Position numbers and translations under genes: made by a program. A model generated the notes under the pieces. The model worked only from the letters and a program-made list of their open reading frames with translations. It did not search any database and was not told where the DNA came from. Below are positions 24,227 to 35,190 of a DNA stretch of 39,102 bases, piece after piece. How positions within the stretch are numbered: position 1 is the stretch's first letter; every line of letters begins with the position of its first letter. Source of the stretch: Chiloscyllium plagiosum (lineage: Eukaryota); the NCBI RefSeq assembly GCF_004010195.1, contig NW_025214965.1, forward strand, positions 17,432 to 56,533, given 5' to 3'.

Positions 24227-27200
24227 TTCAGTGAATCAAACCGCTCTCATTCATTCAATGAAACAAACTGCACGTGTAAATTCAATGAGTAGAGCTTATC
24301 CGATTAATTCATCGGCTCGAGCTTAGTGCACTCATTCAATAAAACGAACTGCACTCATTTATTCATTGAATCAATCTTCAATCGTACATAGAATGCATCA
24401 AACGTTATTCATTGATTCAATGAAGCAAACATAACACTTTCATGTAATTAATCCAACTGCATTCATTCAATGAATCAAACAGCACTCAGTCATTCACTGA
24501 ATCAAACTTCAATCGTGCAATCATTGATTCAGTGAATCAAAATGCACTCATCTTTCAATCAACCAAACTGCACGTGTTAATTCAGAGTCGTGCTTATCCC
24601 CTTAATTCAATGTCACAAGCTTAACACACTCAGTCAATGAAACAAACTGCATTCATTCATTCATTCATTGAAGCAAACTTGAATTGTGCATTGAATGAAT
24701 CAAACGTTATTCATTAATTGAGTGATGCAAATTTAACACACGAATGATTGTGTGCAATTTGATTCATTGAATGAATGAATGCAGTTGAATTCATGAAATG
24801 AATGTGTTAAGTTTGTTTCATTGAATCAACGAATAACGCTTGATTCATTGAATGTACGATTAAAGTTTGATTCAATGAATGAATGCAGTTTGTTTCATTG
24901 AATGAGTGCATTAAGCTCAGGACATTGAATTGAAGGGATAAGCTCAACTCATTGAATTAACATGTAAAGTTTGTTTCATTGAACGAATAAGTTAAGTGTG
25001 CCTTATTGAATCAATAAATAACATTTGATTCATAGAGTAAATGATTGAAGTTTGATTCGTTTAATGAATGAATGCGAATTGATTTGTTAAATGTTGGCGA
25101 TACTTTTGTTTCATTGAATCAATGAATTGCTTTTGATTTGTTGCGTAAATATTTGAAGTTTGATTCAATTAATGAATGAATGCAGGTTGTTCCATTCAAT
25201 CAATGCATTGAACTCGAGACATTGAATTAATAAGAAATAAACTGCATGTGTCAATTCATTGAGTAGACATTATCACATAAATTCAATATCTCGCGCTTCA
25301 TGCATTCATTCAATGAAACAAACTGCATTCATTCATCGAATCAAACCTAAATGGTACATTCAATGAATCAAACGTTATTCACTGATTCAATGAAACAAAC
25401 TTAACACATTCATTTAATGGACCCAATTGCATTCATTCATTCAATGAATCAAACTGCACTCGGTAATTCAAACAAACAAACTGCACCTGTTAAATCAATG
25501 AGTAGAGCTTCTTTCATACATTCAACGTCTCAAGCTTAACTCATTTATTAATTGAATCAAACTTCAATCATTCATTCAATGAATCAAACGTTATTCATTG
25601 ATGCAATGAAACAACCGTAACTCATACTTTTTATGAATCAAACAGCATTCATTCATTCAATTAATCACACGTCAACCATTCATTGAAATAATCAACCATT
25701 TTTTCTATTGATTTAATGAAACAAACCTAACTCATAAATTAAGTGAAGCAAACTGCACTCATTTATCTACTGAAACAAACTGCATTCATTCATTCAGTGA
25801 AACAAACTGCACTCATTCATTCGATGCAACAAACCACACGAGTTAATTCAATGAGTACAGCATTCATGAATTCAAGGTCTCGAGCTTACCGAATTCATGC
25901 AATGAAATAAACTGCATTCATTCATTCATAGAATCAAACTTGAATTGTACATTCAATGAAACAAACATTATTCATTAATTCAATGAAACCAATTTACCAC
26001 ATTCATTTAACGAATCCAACTGTATTAATTCATTCAATGAATCAAATTGCACTCAGTTATTTATGAAACAATCTGCACATGTTAATTCAATGAGTCGGGC
26101 TTCTCCCGTTCACTCAATGTCTCGAGCATAACTCATCGATGCAAAGAATCAAACTGCATTTACTCATTTATTGATTCGTTTAAACAAACTTAACTCATAC
26201 ATATAATGAATCAAACTGCGCTCATTTATTTCTTGAAAAAAAACTGCATTCATTGATTCCTTCATTCAGAGAATCAGACAGCACTCAGCCAGTCAATGAA
26301 ACAAACTGCACGTCTTAATTCAATGAGTTCGAGCTTCTCTCATTCACTCAATATCTCAAGCTTAACTCATTTATTCATTGAATCAAACTTCAATCATTCA
26401 TTCAAAGAATCAAACGTTATTGATTGATGCAATGAAACAAACGGAGCTGAGACTTCTAACGAATCAAGGTGCATTCATTCATTCAATGAATCAAACTTCA
26501 ATCATTCATTCAATTAATCAAACGTGATTTATTGTTTCAATGAAACAAACTTAACTCATGCATTTAATGAAGCAACCTGCACTCATTTATGTACTGAAAC
26601 AATCTGCATTTGTAAATTCATTCCTTCTGTGAATCAAACTGCACTCATTCCTTCAATGAAACAAACGGCACATATTAATTCAATGAGTAGCGCTTATCTC
26701 ATTAATTCAATGTCTCGAGCTTAATGCATTCATTCAATGAATCAATCTTGCATCATTCATTCTTTGAATCAAACGTTAATGGAACAAACGTAACTCACAT
26801 GTTTAACAAATCAAACTGCATTCGTTCCTTCAATTATACAAAATTCATTCATTCATTCAATGGAACAAATGCTTTTCATTGATTCAATGAAACAAACGTA
26901 AACTCATACGATAACGATTCAAATCTCATTCAATCTTTCAATGAATCAAACTGCAAACATTTATTCAATTAATCATACATTGTTTATTGATTCAATGAAA
27001 TGAACTTATCATGTACATTCAATGAAGCAAACGGCACTCATTTATTTACTGAAACAAACTGCATTGAGTCATTCATTCATGGAGTCAAACTGCACTCATT
27101 CATTCAATGCGACAAACTGCATTCATTCATTTAATGAATCCAACTGCATGAAGTCATTCAATGAAACTAAGCGCATGTATTAATTCAAACAGTAGAGCTT

Positions 27201-27608
27201 ACCTTAGGAATTCAATGTCTCGGGTTAATGCATTCATTCAAAGAATGAAACAGCATTCATTGAATCAAATTTCAATCATTCGGTCAATGAATCAAGTGCA
27301 ATTCGTTGGTTTATTGAATCAAACTCTAGTATTTCTTTAATTAATGGAACTTTTATTCCTTGATTCAAGGAAACAATGTTTACTCATACTTTTATTGAAG
27401 CAAACTGCACTCATTTATTTACTAAAACAAACTGCATTCATTCATTTAAGTGAATCAAACTGAACTCATTCACTCAATGAAACAAACCGCATATGTTAAT
27501 TCAATGAGTAGAGCATATCTCATGAATTCAAGGTCTCAAGCTTCTTTCTGCATTCATTCATAGAATCAAGCTTCAATTGTACATTCAATGAAACAAACGT
27601 CTCATTGT

Positions 27609-27643
27609 TAAGTTTGTCTCATTGATTCAATGAGACAAACTTA
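27609..27643. repeat. Perfect inverted repeat with 17-bp arms and a 1-nt spacer
   Basis: TAAGTTTGTCTCATTGA-T-TCAATGAGACAAACTTA. Confidence 0.95.
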
Positions 27644-30007
27644 GTTTCATTTAACGAATCCAACTGCATTCATTCATTCAATGAATCAAACTGCACTCAT
27701 TTATTCCTGAAATAAACTTCACATGTTAATTCAATGAGTAGAGCTTCTGCCGTTCACTCGATGTGTCAAGCATAACTCATTAATTAAAAGAATGAAACTG
27801 CATTCATTCATTCATTGAATCAAACTACAATAATTCATTCAATGATTCAATCGTTATATGATGATTCGTTGAAACAAACTTAACTCATACATTTCATGAA
27901 ACAGACTGCACTCATTTATTTACTTTAAAAAACTGCATTCATTCATTCATTCATTGGGTGAATCAGACAGCACTCATTCATTCAATTAAACAAATTGCAC
28001 GTGTTAATTCAAAGAATAGAGCTTATCTCATGAATTCAATGTATCCAGTTAACACATTGATTCAAAGTAACAAACTGCAATCATTCATTCATTGAATCAA
28101 ACTACGATCGTACTTTCAATGAATCAAACGTTACTCATTGAAACAAATGTAACTCATATGCATTCATTCAATGAAACAAACTCCATTCATTAATTCACTG
28201 AATCAATCTTCAATCATTCATTCTTTGAATCAAACGTTATTCATGTTTCAATGAAACAAATGTAACTCATACTTTTAACGAATCAATCTGCATTCATTCT
28301 TTCATTCAATCAATCAAACTTCAATCATTCATTCAATGAATCAAACGTTATTCATTGATTCAATGAAACAAACCTAAGTCATATATTTATTGAATCAAAC
28401 TGCACTCATTTCTTTACAGAAACGAAATGCATTCATTCATTCATTAGTGAGTCAAGCTGTACTCCTACATTCAATGAAACAAACTGATGTTAATTCAATG
28501 AGTAGAGCTTATCTCATGAATTGAATGTTCTGAGCTTATCGCATTCATTCAACAAAACAAACTGCACTCAGTTATTTAATGAAACAAACTGGACGTGTTA
28601 ATTGAATGAATTGAACTTCTCTCCTTCACTCAATGTCTCAAGATTAATTCATTCATTCAAAGATTCAAATTGCATTCATTCATTTAATGAATCAAACTTC
28701 AATCATTCATTCAATGAATCAAACTGCACGTGTATATTCAATGAGTACAGCTTATCTAGCAGAGCTTATCGCTTAGTTCAATGACTTGAATTTAACGCAT
28801 TCATTCAATGAAACAAACTGCATTCATTCATTCTTTCATTCATTGAATCAAACTTAATCATACATTCAATGAATCAAACGTTATTCATTAATTCAATGAA
28901 ACAGACTTAACTCATTCAATCAATAAATCAAACTTCAATCACACATTCAATGACTCAAACTGCACTCAGTCATTCAAAGAAACAAACTGCACGTGTTAAT
29001 TCAATGAGTAGAGCTTCTCACATTCATTGAATCATTCAATCTTAACTCATTCATTCTAAGAATTGAACTGCATTTTTCCATTCTTTGAAGCAAACTTCAA
29101 TAATTCATTCAATAATCAAATGTTGATTCAATGAAACAAACGTAAATCGTACATTGAACGAAATAAATTGCATTCTTTTATTAAATGAATCAAACGTTAC
29201 TCATTGATTCAATAAAACAAACCTGACTCATGCTTTTTACGAATCAAACTGCATTCATTCATTCATTCAAGGATCAATGTTCAATCATTCGTTCAATGAA
29301 TCAAACATTATTTATTGAATCAATGAAATAAACGGAACTCTTACATTTAAATAATCATACTGCACTCATTTATTTCATAAAACAAACTGTGTTCATTCAT
29401 TTAGAGAATCAAACTGAAATCATTCATTCAGTGTAACAAACTGCATGCGTCAATGAGTAGAGCTTATCTCATGAATTCAATGACATGCATTTAACACATT
29501 TCTTCAATGAAATAAACTGCATTCACTTATTCATGGATCCAAACTTCAATCGTGCATTCAATTAATCAAACGTTTGAAGAATTGATTCAATGAAACAATC
29601 TTAACACAATCAACTCATGAATCCAACAGCATTCATTCATACTGTGAATCAAACAGTTTTTCAAAGTAGCAAACTACTCGTGTTAATTCAAAGAGTAGAG
29701 CTTATCTCATGTATTCAATGTCTCAAGCATCACTCATTCATTCACTGAATCAAACTTCAATCATTCATTCAATGAATCAATGAAATAAACTGCATTCCTG
29801 CATAGAATCAAACTTCAATCGTACATTCAATGAAGCAAACTTTATTCTTTGATTCAATGAAATAAACTGCATTCCTGCAAAGAATCATACTTCAATCGTA
29901 CATTAAATGAACCAAACGTTATTCATTGATTCAGTGAAACAAAATTAACACATTCATTTCTTTGAATCCGACTGCATTCATTCATTCAATGAATCAAACT
30001 GCACTTA

Positions 30008-30100
30008 TTCCTGAAGAAGGGCTTATGCCCGAAACATCGATTCTCCTGTTCCCTGGATGCTGCCTGACCTGCTGCGCTTTTCCAGCAACACATTTTCAGC
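30008..30100 (+). mobile_element. 93-bp non-satellite insertion, probably a terminal-repeat fragment of a Penelope-like retroelement, with a 14-bp TSD
   Basis: GC-richer insert TTCCTGAAGAAGGGCTTATGCCCGAAACATCG...CCAGCAACACATTTTCAGC, flanked by TCAAACTGCACTTA at 29994-30007 and 30101-30114. The family assignment rests on the CTGA.GA...GAAAC motif typical of PLE termini. Confidence 0.7.
30011..30043 (+). ncRNA. Hammerhead-ribozyme-like core (probably truncated and inactive)
   Basis: CTGAAGA (30011-30017), stem II GGGC-TTAT-GCCC (30019-30030), GAAA (30031-30034), palindromic ATCGAT (30036-30041), then TC. The 5' strand of stem I is not evident and stem III is imperfect. Confidence 0.45.
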
Positions 30101-31082
30101 TCAAACTGCACTTACGCCAATCAAAAAAAACTGCACGTGTTAACTCAATGAGTAGAGCTTGTATCATTCATTCAATGTCTCAAGCTTAACTCATTCATTC
30201 AAAGAATCAAACTTCCACCATTCATTCAATGAATAAAATGTAATTCATTGATTCAATGAAACAAAGTTAACCCGCACATTTAATCAATCAAACTGCATTC
30301 ATTTATTTAATGGAGCAAATTGCATTCAATCATTCAGTCAATCACACTACACGCATTCATTCAATGAAATGAACTGCACGTGTTAATGTCCCGAGCTTAA
30401 CGCATTTATTTAATGAAACACACTGCATTGATTGAATCAAACTACAACCGCACTTTCACTGAATCAAACGTTATTAATCGATTCAATGAAACAATCTTAA
30501 CACATTTAGTTTATGAATCCAACTGCATTCATTCATTCAATGAATCACGCTGCACCCAGTCAAGCAATAAAACAAAGTGCACGTGTTAATTCAATGAGTA
30601 GAGATACTTTTAACGAATCAAACTGCGTTCATTCAATGAATCAAACTTCAGGTATTCATCCAATGAATTAAAGGTCATTTGTTGATCCAATCCAACAAAC
30701 TTTAATCACACATTTAATGAATGAAACTGCACTCATTCAGTTAAAGAAACCAACTGCCTTCATTCATTGATTGAAACAAACTTCAATCGTTCATTCAATG
30801 AATCAAACGTTTTTCATTTATTCAATGAAACAACTTACCACATTCTTTTCAAGAAACCAAAACCTTTCATTCATTCAATGAATCAAACTGCATTCAGTCG
30901 TTCAAAGTAAAAAAAACTGCACATGTTAATTCAAAGAGTAGAGCTTCTCTCATTCATTCACAGTCTCAAGGTTAACTCATTCATTCAAAGAACATAGAAC
31001 ATAGAACATTACAGCGCAGTACAGGGCCTTCTGCCCACGATGTTGCGCCGACCTTGTCATACCAATCTGAAGCCCATCTAAC

Positions 31083-33962
31083 CTACACTATTCCATGTAT
31101 GCCCATATGCTTGTCCAATGACGACTTAAATGTACTTAAAGATGGCGAATCTACTACCGTTGCAGGCAAAGCATTCCATACCCCGATTACTCTCTGAGTA
31201 AAGAAACTACCTCTGACATCTGTCCTATATCTATCACCCCTAAAATTAAAGCTATGCCCCCTCGTGCTCGCCATCACCATTCTTCGAAAAAGGCTCTCCC
31301 TGTCCACCCTATCTAACCCTCTGATTATCTTATATGTCTCTATTAAGTCACCTCTCAACATTCTTCTCTCCAATGAAAACAGCCTCAAGTCCCTCAGCCT
31401 TTCCTCGTAAGACCTTCCCGCCATACCAGGCAACATCCTAGTAAATCTCCTCTGCACCCTTTCCAAAGCTTCCACATCCTTCTTATATTGTGGTGACCAG
31501 AACTGTACACAATACTCCAAGTATGTCTTCCTAACAACCCTGTCAACCTGGGTGGCAACTTTCAAGGATCTCTCTGCTCATCTACACTACCATGAATTTG
31601 CCATTAGCCCAGTACTTTGCATTCTGATTACTCCGACCAAAGTGAATCACTTCACACTTGTCCACATTAAACTCCATTTGCCACCTCTCAGCCCAGCTCT
31701 GCAGCTTACCTATGTCTCTCTGTAACCTACAACATCCTTCATCACTATCCAGAACTCCACTAACCTTAGTGTCGTCTGCAAATTTACTAACCCACCCTTT
31801 TTCACCATTATCCAGGTCATTTATAAAAATGATGAACAGCGGTGGACCCAACACCGACCCTTGCTGTTCACCACTGGTAACTGGACTCCAGGATGAACAT
31901 TTCCCATCAACCACTAACCTCTGTCTTCTTTCAGCAAGCCAATTACTGATCCAAACTGCTATATCTCCCTCAATCCCATTCCTCTGCATTTTGTACAATA
32001 GTCTACTGTGGGGAACATAATCGAACGCCTTGTTGAAATCCATATTCACCACATCAACTGGTTTACTCTCATCCACCTGTTTGGTCACCTTCTCAAAGAG
32101 CTCAGTAAGATTTGTGAGGCACGCCCTACCCTTCACAAAACCGTGCTGACTATCCCTAATCAAATTATTCTTTTTTAGATGATTATAAGTCCTATCTGGT
32201 TACTCCGACCAAAGTGAATCACTTCACACTTGTCCCATTAAACTCCATTTGCCACCTCTCAGCCCAGCTCTGCAGCTTACCTATGTCTCTCTGTAACCTA
32301 CAACATCCTTCATCACTATCCAGAACTCCACTAACCTTAGTGTCGTCTGCAAATTTACTAACCCACCCTTTTTCACCATTATCCAGGTCATTTATAACAC
32401 TTTACCAACAATTGAAGTAAGACTCACTTCTCTATAATTACCAGGATTGTTTCTACTCCCCTTCTTGAACAGGGGAACCACATTTGCTATCCTTCAGTCT
32501 TCTGGCACTATTCCTGTAGACAATGACGATTTAAAGATCAATGCCAAAGGCTTGGAAATCTTCTCCCTGGCTTCCCAGAGGATCCTAGAATAAATTCCAT
32601 CCAGCCCAGGGGACTTATCTATTTTCACACTCTGCAGGATTTCTAATACCTCTTCCTTGTGAACCTCAATCACACCTAGTCTAGTAGCCTGTATCTCACT
32701 AATCTCCTCGAAAACATTGTCATTTTCTAGAGTGAATACTGTTGAAAAATATTCATTTAGTGCTTCCCCTATCTCCTCTGACTCCACACACAACTTCCCA
32801 CTACTATCGTTGATTGGCCCTAATCTTACTCTTGGTCATTCTTTTATTCCTTAAATACCTATAGAAAACCTTAGGGTTTACCCTGATCCTATCCGCCAAC
32901 AACTTCTTCTGTCTCCTCCTGGCTCTTCTGAGCTCTCTCTTTAGATCTTTCCTGGCTACTTTGTAACTCTCAAGCGCCCTAACTGAACCTTCTCATCTCA
33001 TCCAAATTAAGCCTTCTTCCTCCTCTTGACCAGAGATTCCACTTCCTTCGTAAACCATGGCTCCTGCACTATACAGCTTATTTCCCTTGAATAAGCTCCA
33101 CATTTCTATTGTGCCTATCCCTGCAGTTTCCTTCCCCATCATATGCTTCCTAAATCTTGCCTAATCGCATCGTAATTGCCTTTCCCCCAGCTGTAACTCT
33201 TGCCCAGTGGTATACACCTATCCCTTTTTTATCACTGAAGTAAACATAACAGAATTGTGATTTCTATCACCAAAGTGCTCACCTACTTCCAAGTCTAACG
33301 CCTGGCCGGGCTCATTACCCAGTACCAAATCTAATGTAGCTTCGCCCCTTGTTGGCCTATCTACATACTGTGTCAGGAAGCCCTCCTGCATACACTGGAC
33401 AAAAACTGACTCATCTTTCGTACTCATACTTATAGTGTTCCCAGTCAATATTTGGAAAGTTGAAGTCCCCCATGACAACTACCCTGTCTCTCTCACTCCT
33501 ATCGAGATCCTTTTCTCTACAGCTCTGGAACAATTCGGAGGCCTATAGAAAACTCCCAAAAGGGTGACCTCTCCTTTCCTGTTTCTATCTTCAGCCCATA
33601 GTACCTCAGTTGACGAGTCTCCAAACATCCTTTCTGCAACTGTCCTTGACCAACAATGCCACACCTCCCCCTCTTTTACCATCTTCTCTGTTCTTACAGA
33701 AATATCTAAATCCTGGGACCTGCAACAACCATTCCTGTCCCTGCTCTAACCATGTCTCTGAAATGGCCACAACGTCGAAGTCCCAGTTACCAAACCATGC
33801 TGCAAGTTCACCCACCTTATTCCGGATGCTCCTGGCATTGAAGTAGACACAGTTGAAACCAACTTCTTGCTTGCCGGTGCCATCTTGCGTCCCTGAAGCT
33901 TGATTTTGGACCTCCCTACTCTCTAGCATTTTCTGTACTCGAACTACAATTTTGGTTCCCAT
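31083..33962 (-). pseudogene. CR1 ORF2 (APE endonuclease plus reverse transcriptase), disrupted by frameshifts, deletions and a duplication
   Basis: APE motifs: CVYFNARSIRNK, DVVAISETWL, GGGVALLVK, GVFYRPPN, PTRGEATLDLVL. RT motifs: KSPGLDGI, SQHGFVKGRACLTNL, MDFNKAFD, QGSVLGPPLF, KFADDTK. C-terminal motifs: LEYCVQFWSP, FFTQRVIGVWNALP. Stop codon at 31083. Confidence 0.93.
32195..32397 (-). repeat. Non-tandem ~203-bp duplicate of 31623-31826 (RT segment containing FADD) inserted within the same ORF2
   Basis: By eye the two copies differ by one substitution and one 1-bp deletion. ORFs 31658 and 32214 share the same translation. Confidence 0.93.
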
Positions 33963-33974
33963 ACCCCTGCTGGA

Positions 33975-34901
33975 TTAGTTTAAACTCACCCCAATAGCCT
34001 TAGCAAATTTCTCCCCCAAAGATATTGGTAACCCTCCGGTTCAGATGAAGACCATCCTGCTTGTCCATGTCCCACCTACCCCAGAAAGTGCCCCAATTAT
34101 CCAAGAATCCAAAACACTCTCTCCTGCACCATCCATGTAGCCACGTGTTCAACTCCTCTCTCTCGCTATTCCTTGCCTCACTTGCACGTGGCACGGGCAA
34201 CAAACCAGAGACAACAACTCTGTTCATCCTAGCTCAAAGCTTCCACCCTAGCCCCCTGATTTTCTGCCTTAAATCTCCATCTCTCTGCCTACTTATGTCG
34301 TTGGTGCCTTTGTGGACCACGATCTTGGGGCTGCCCCCCTAGCCCTTAAGGATCCCAAAAACACGGTCAGAAACATCACGAACCCTGGCACCTGAGAGGC
34401 AACACATCAACTGTGAGTCTCTCTCATCCCCACAGAACCTCCTATCTGCCCCCCTAACTATGGAGTCCTCAATGACGACTGCTCTGCTCCTCTTCCCCTT
34501 TCCCTTCTGAGCAGCAAAGACAGACTCTGTGCCATAGCCCTGTACCCCACTGCTTTCCCCTGGTAAGTCATCCCCCCCAACAGTTTCCAAAACGGTATAC
34601 TTATTGTTGAGGGGAATGGCCACTGGGGATTCCTGCACTGCCTGCCGACTTCCTTTCCGTCCCCTGACTGTAACCCATTTGCCTTTTTCTTGTATCTCTG
34701 TAACTCCTCTCAATCACCCCCTCTGCCTCCTGAATGATCCGAAGTTCATCCAGCTCCAGATCCAGTTCCCTAACGTGGTTTTCGAGAAGTTGGAGTTGGG
34801 TGCACTTCCCGCAGATGTCGTCAGCAGGGACACTTGGTGGTGACCCTTACCTCCCACATTCTGCAGGAGGAACTTTCAACTGCGCTAACCTCCATTCCCA
34901 T
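33975..34901 (-). pseudogene. CR1 ORF1 (zinc finger/leucine zipper plus SGNH esterase), frameshifted
   Basis: Manual translation gives MGMEVSAVESSSCRMWEV...DICGKCTQLQLLENHVRELDLELDELRII. Esterase blocks are AVVIEDSIVRG (a GDS-like motif) and DNWGTFWGRWDMDKQDGLHLN. It ends at KFAKAIGVSLN*. Confidence 0.85.
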
Positions 34902-35190
34902 TATTCTAAATTCCCAAAGAGACTATTGAAATAAATAAGGAATAAAAAAAAATTCGTTATCTTACCAATCTGGTGCACAGGTCCCTTTTTTTTTGCTTAG
35001 AGGAGGAGGATGGGTGGGAGACCCGAGTAGTGTTTCGGGTAATGCAACCACACAAATATATGACTCCTCCCTCGCACCTCTTGGCAAACGCAGGCCCGAT
35101 TCTCGAGGTAAGTCCCTTTTAATGCGGGAAAACTCACCCTTCCCGGCAGCCCTCGTTTCACCTCTCCATCTCTCCTCGCCGCTCTGGCAA

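Larger units (their letters stand above)
23820..30992. repeat. Diverged 27-bp-based satellite mosaic: inverted ~23820-23885, forward ~23886-24740, inverted ~24741-25233, forward ~25234-30992
   Basis: Orientation was read from AAACTGCATTC versus GAATGCAGTTT motifs. Boundaries are approximate. Confidence 0.85.
30993..35190 (-). mobile_element. Apparently full-length (~4.2 kb) decayed CR1-clade LINE with 6-bp TSD AAAGAA
   Basis: Order on the minus strand is 5'UTR (~34902-35190), ORF1, ORF2, 3'UTR, (TTCTATG)n tail. AAAGAA lies at 30987-30992 and 35191-35196, and removing the element restores the satellite motif TTCATTCAAAGAATCAAACTG. Confidence 0.95.

Noticed and set aside
29962..30189. 75-aa ORF containing a Cys-rich segment
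   Set aside because: It is a chance read-through of satellite plus the 93-bp insertion.
34906..34965. Possible intron in the LINE 5'UTR (minus-strand GTAAG...T-rich tract...AG just before the ORF1 ATG)
   Set aside because: At only about 60 nt it is short for a vertebrate intron, and it cannot be supported without transcript data.
30993..35190. Active or domesticated retroelement
   Set aside because: It has multiple frameshifts, deletions, an inserted duplication and mutated motifs (EDS for GDS, a lost zinc-finger Cys, SGEQQG).
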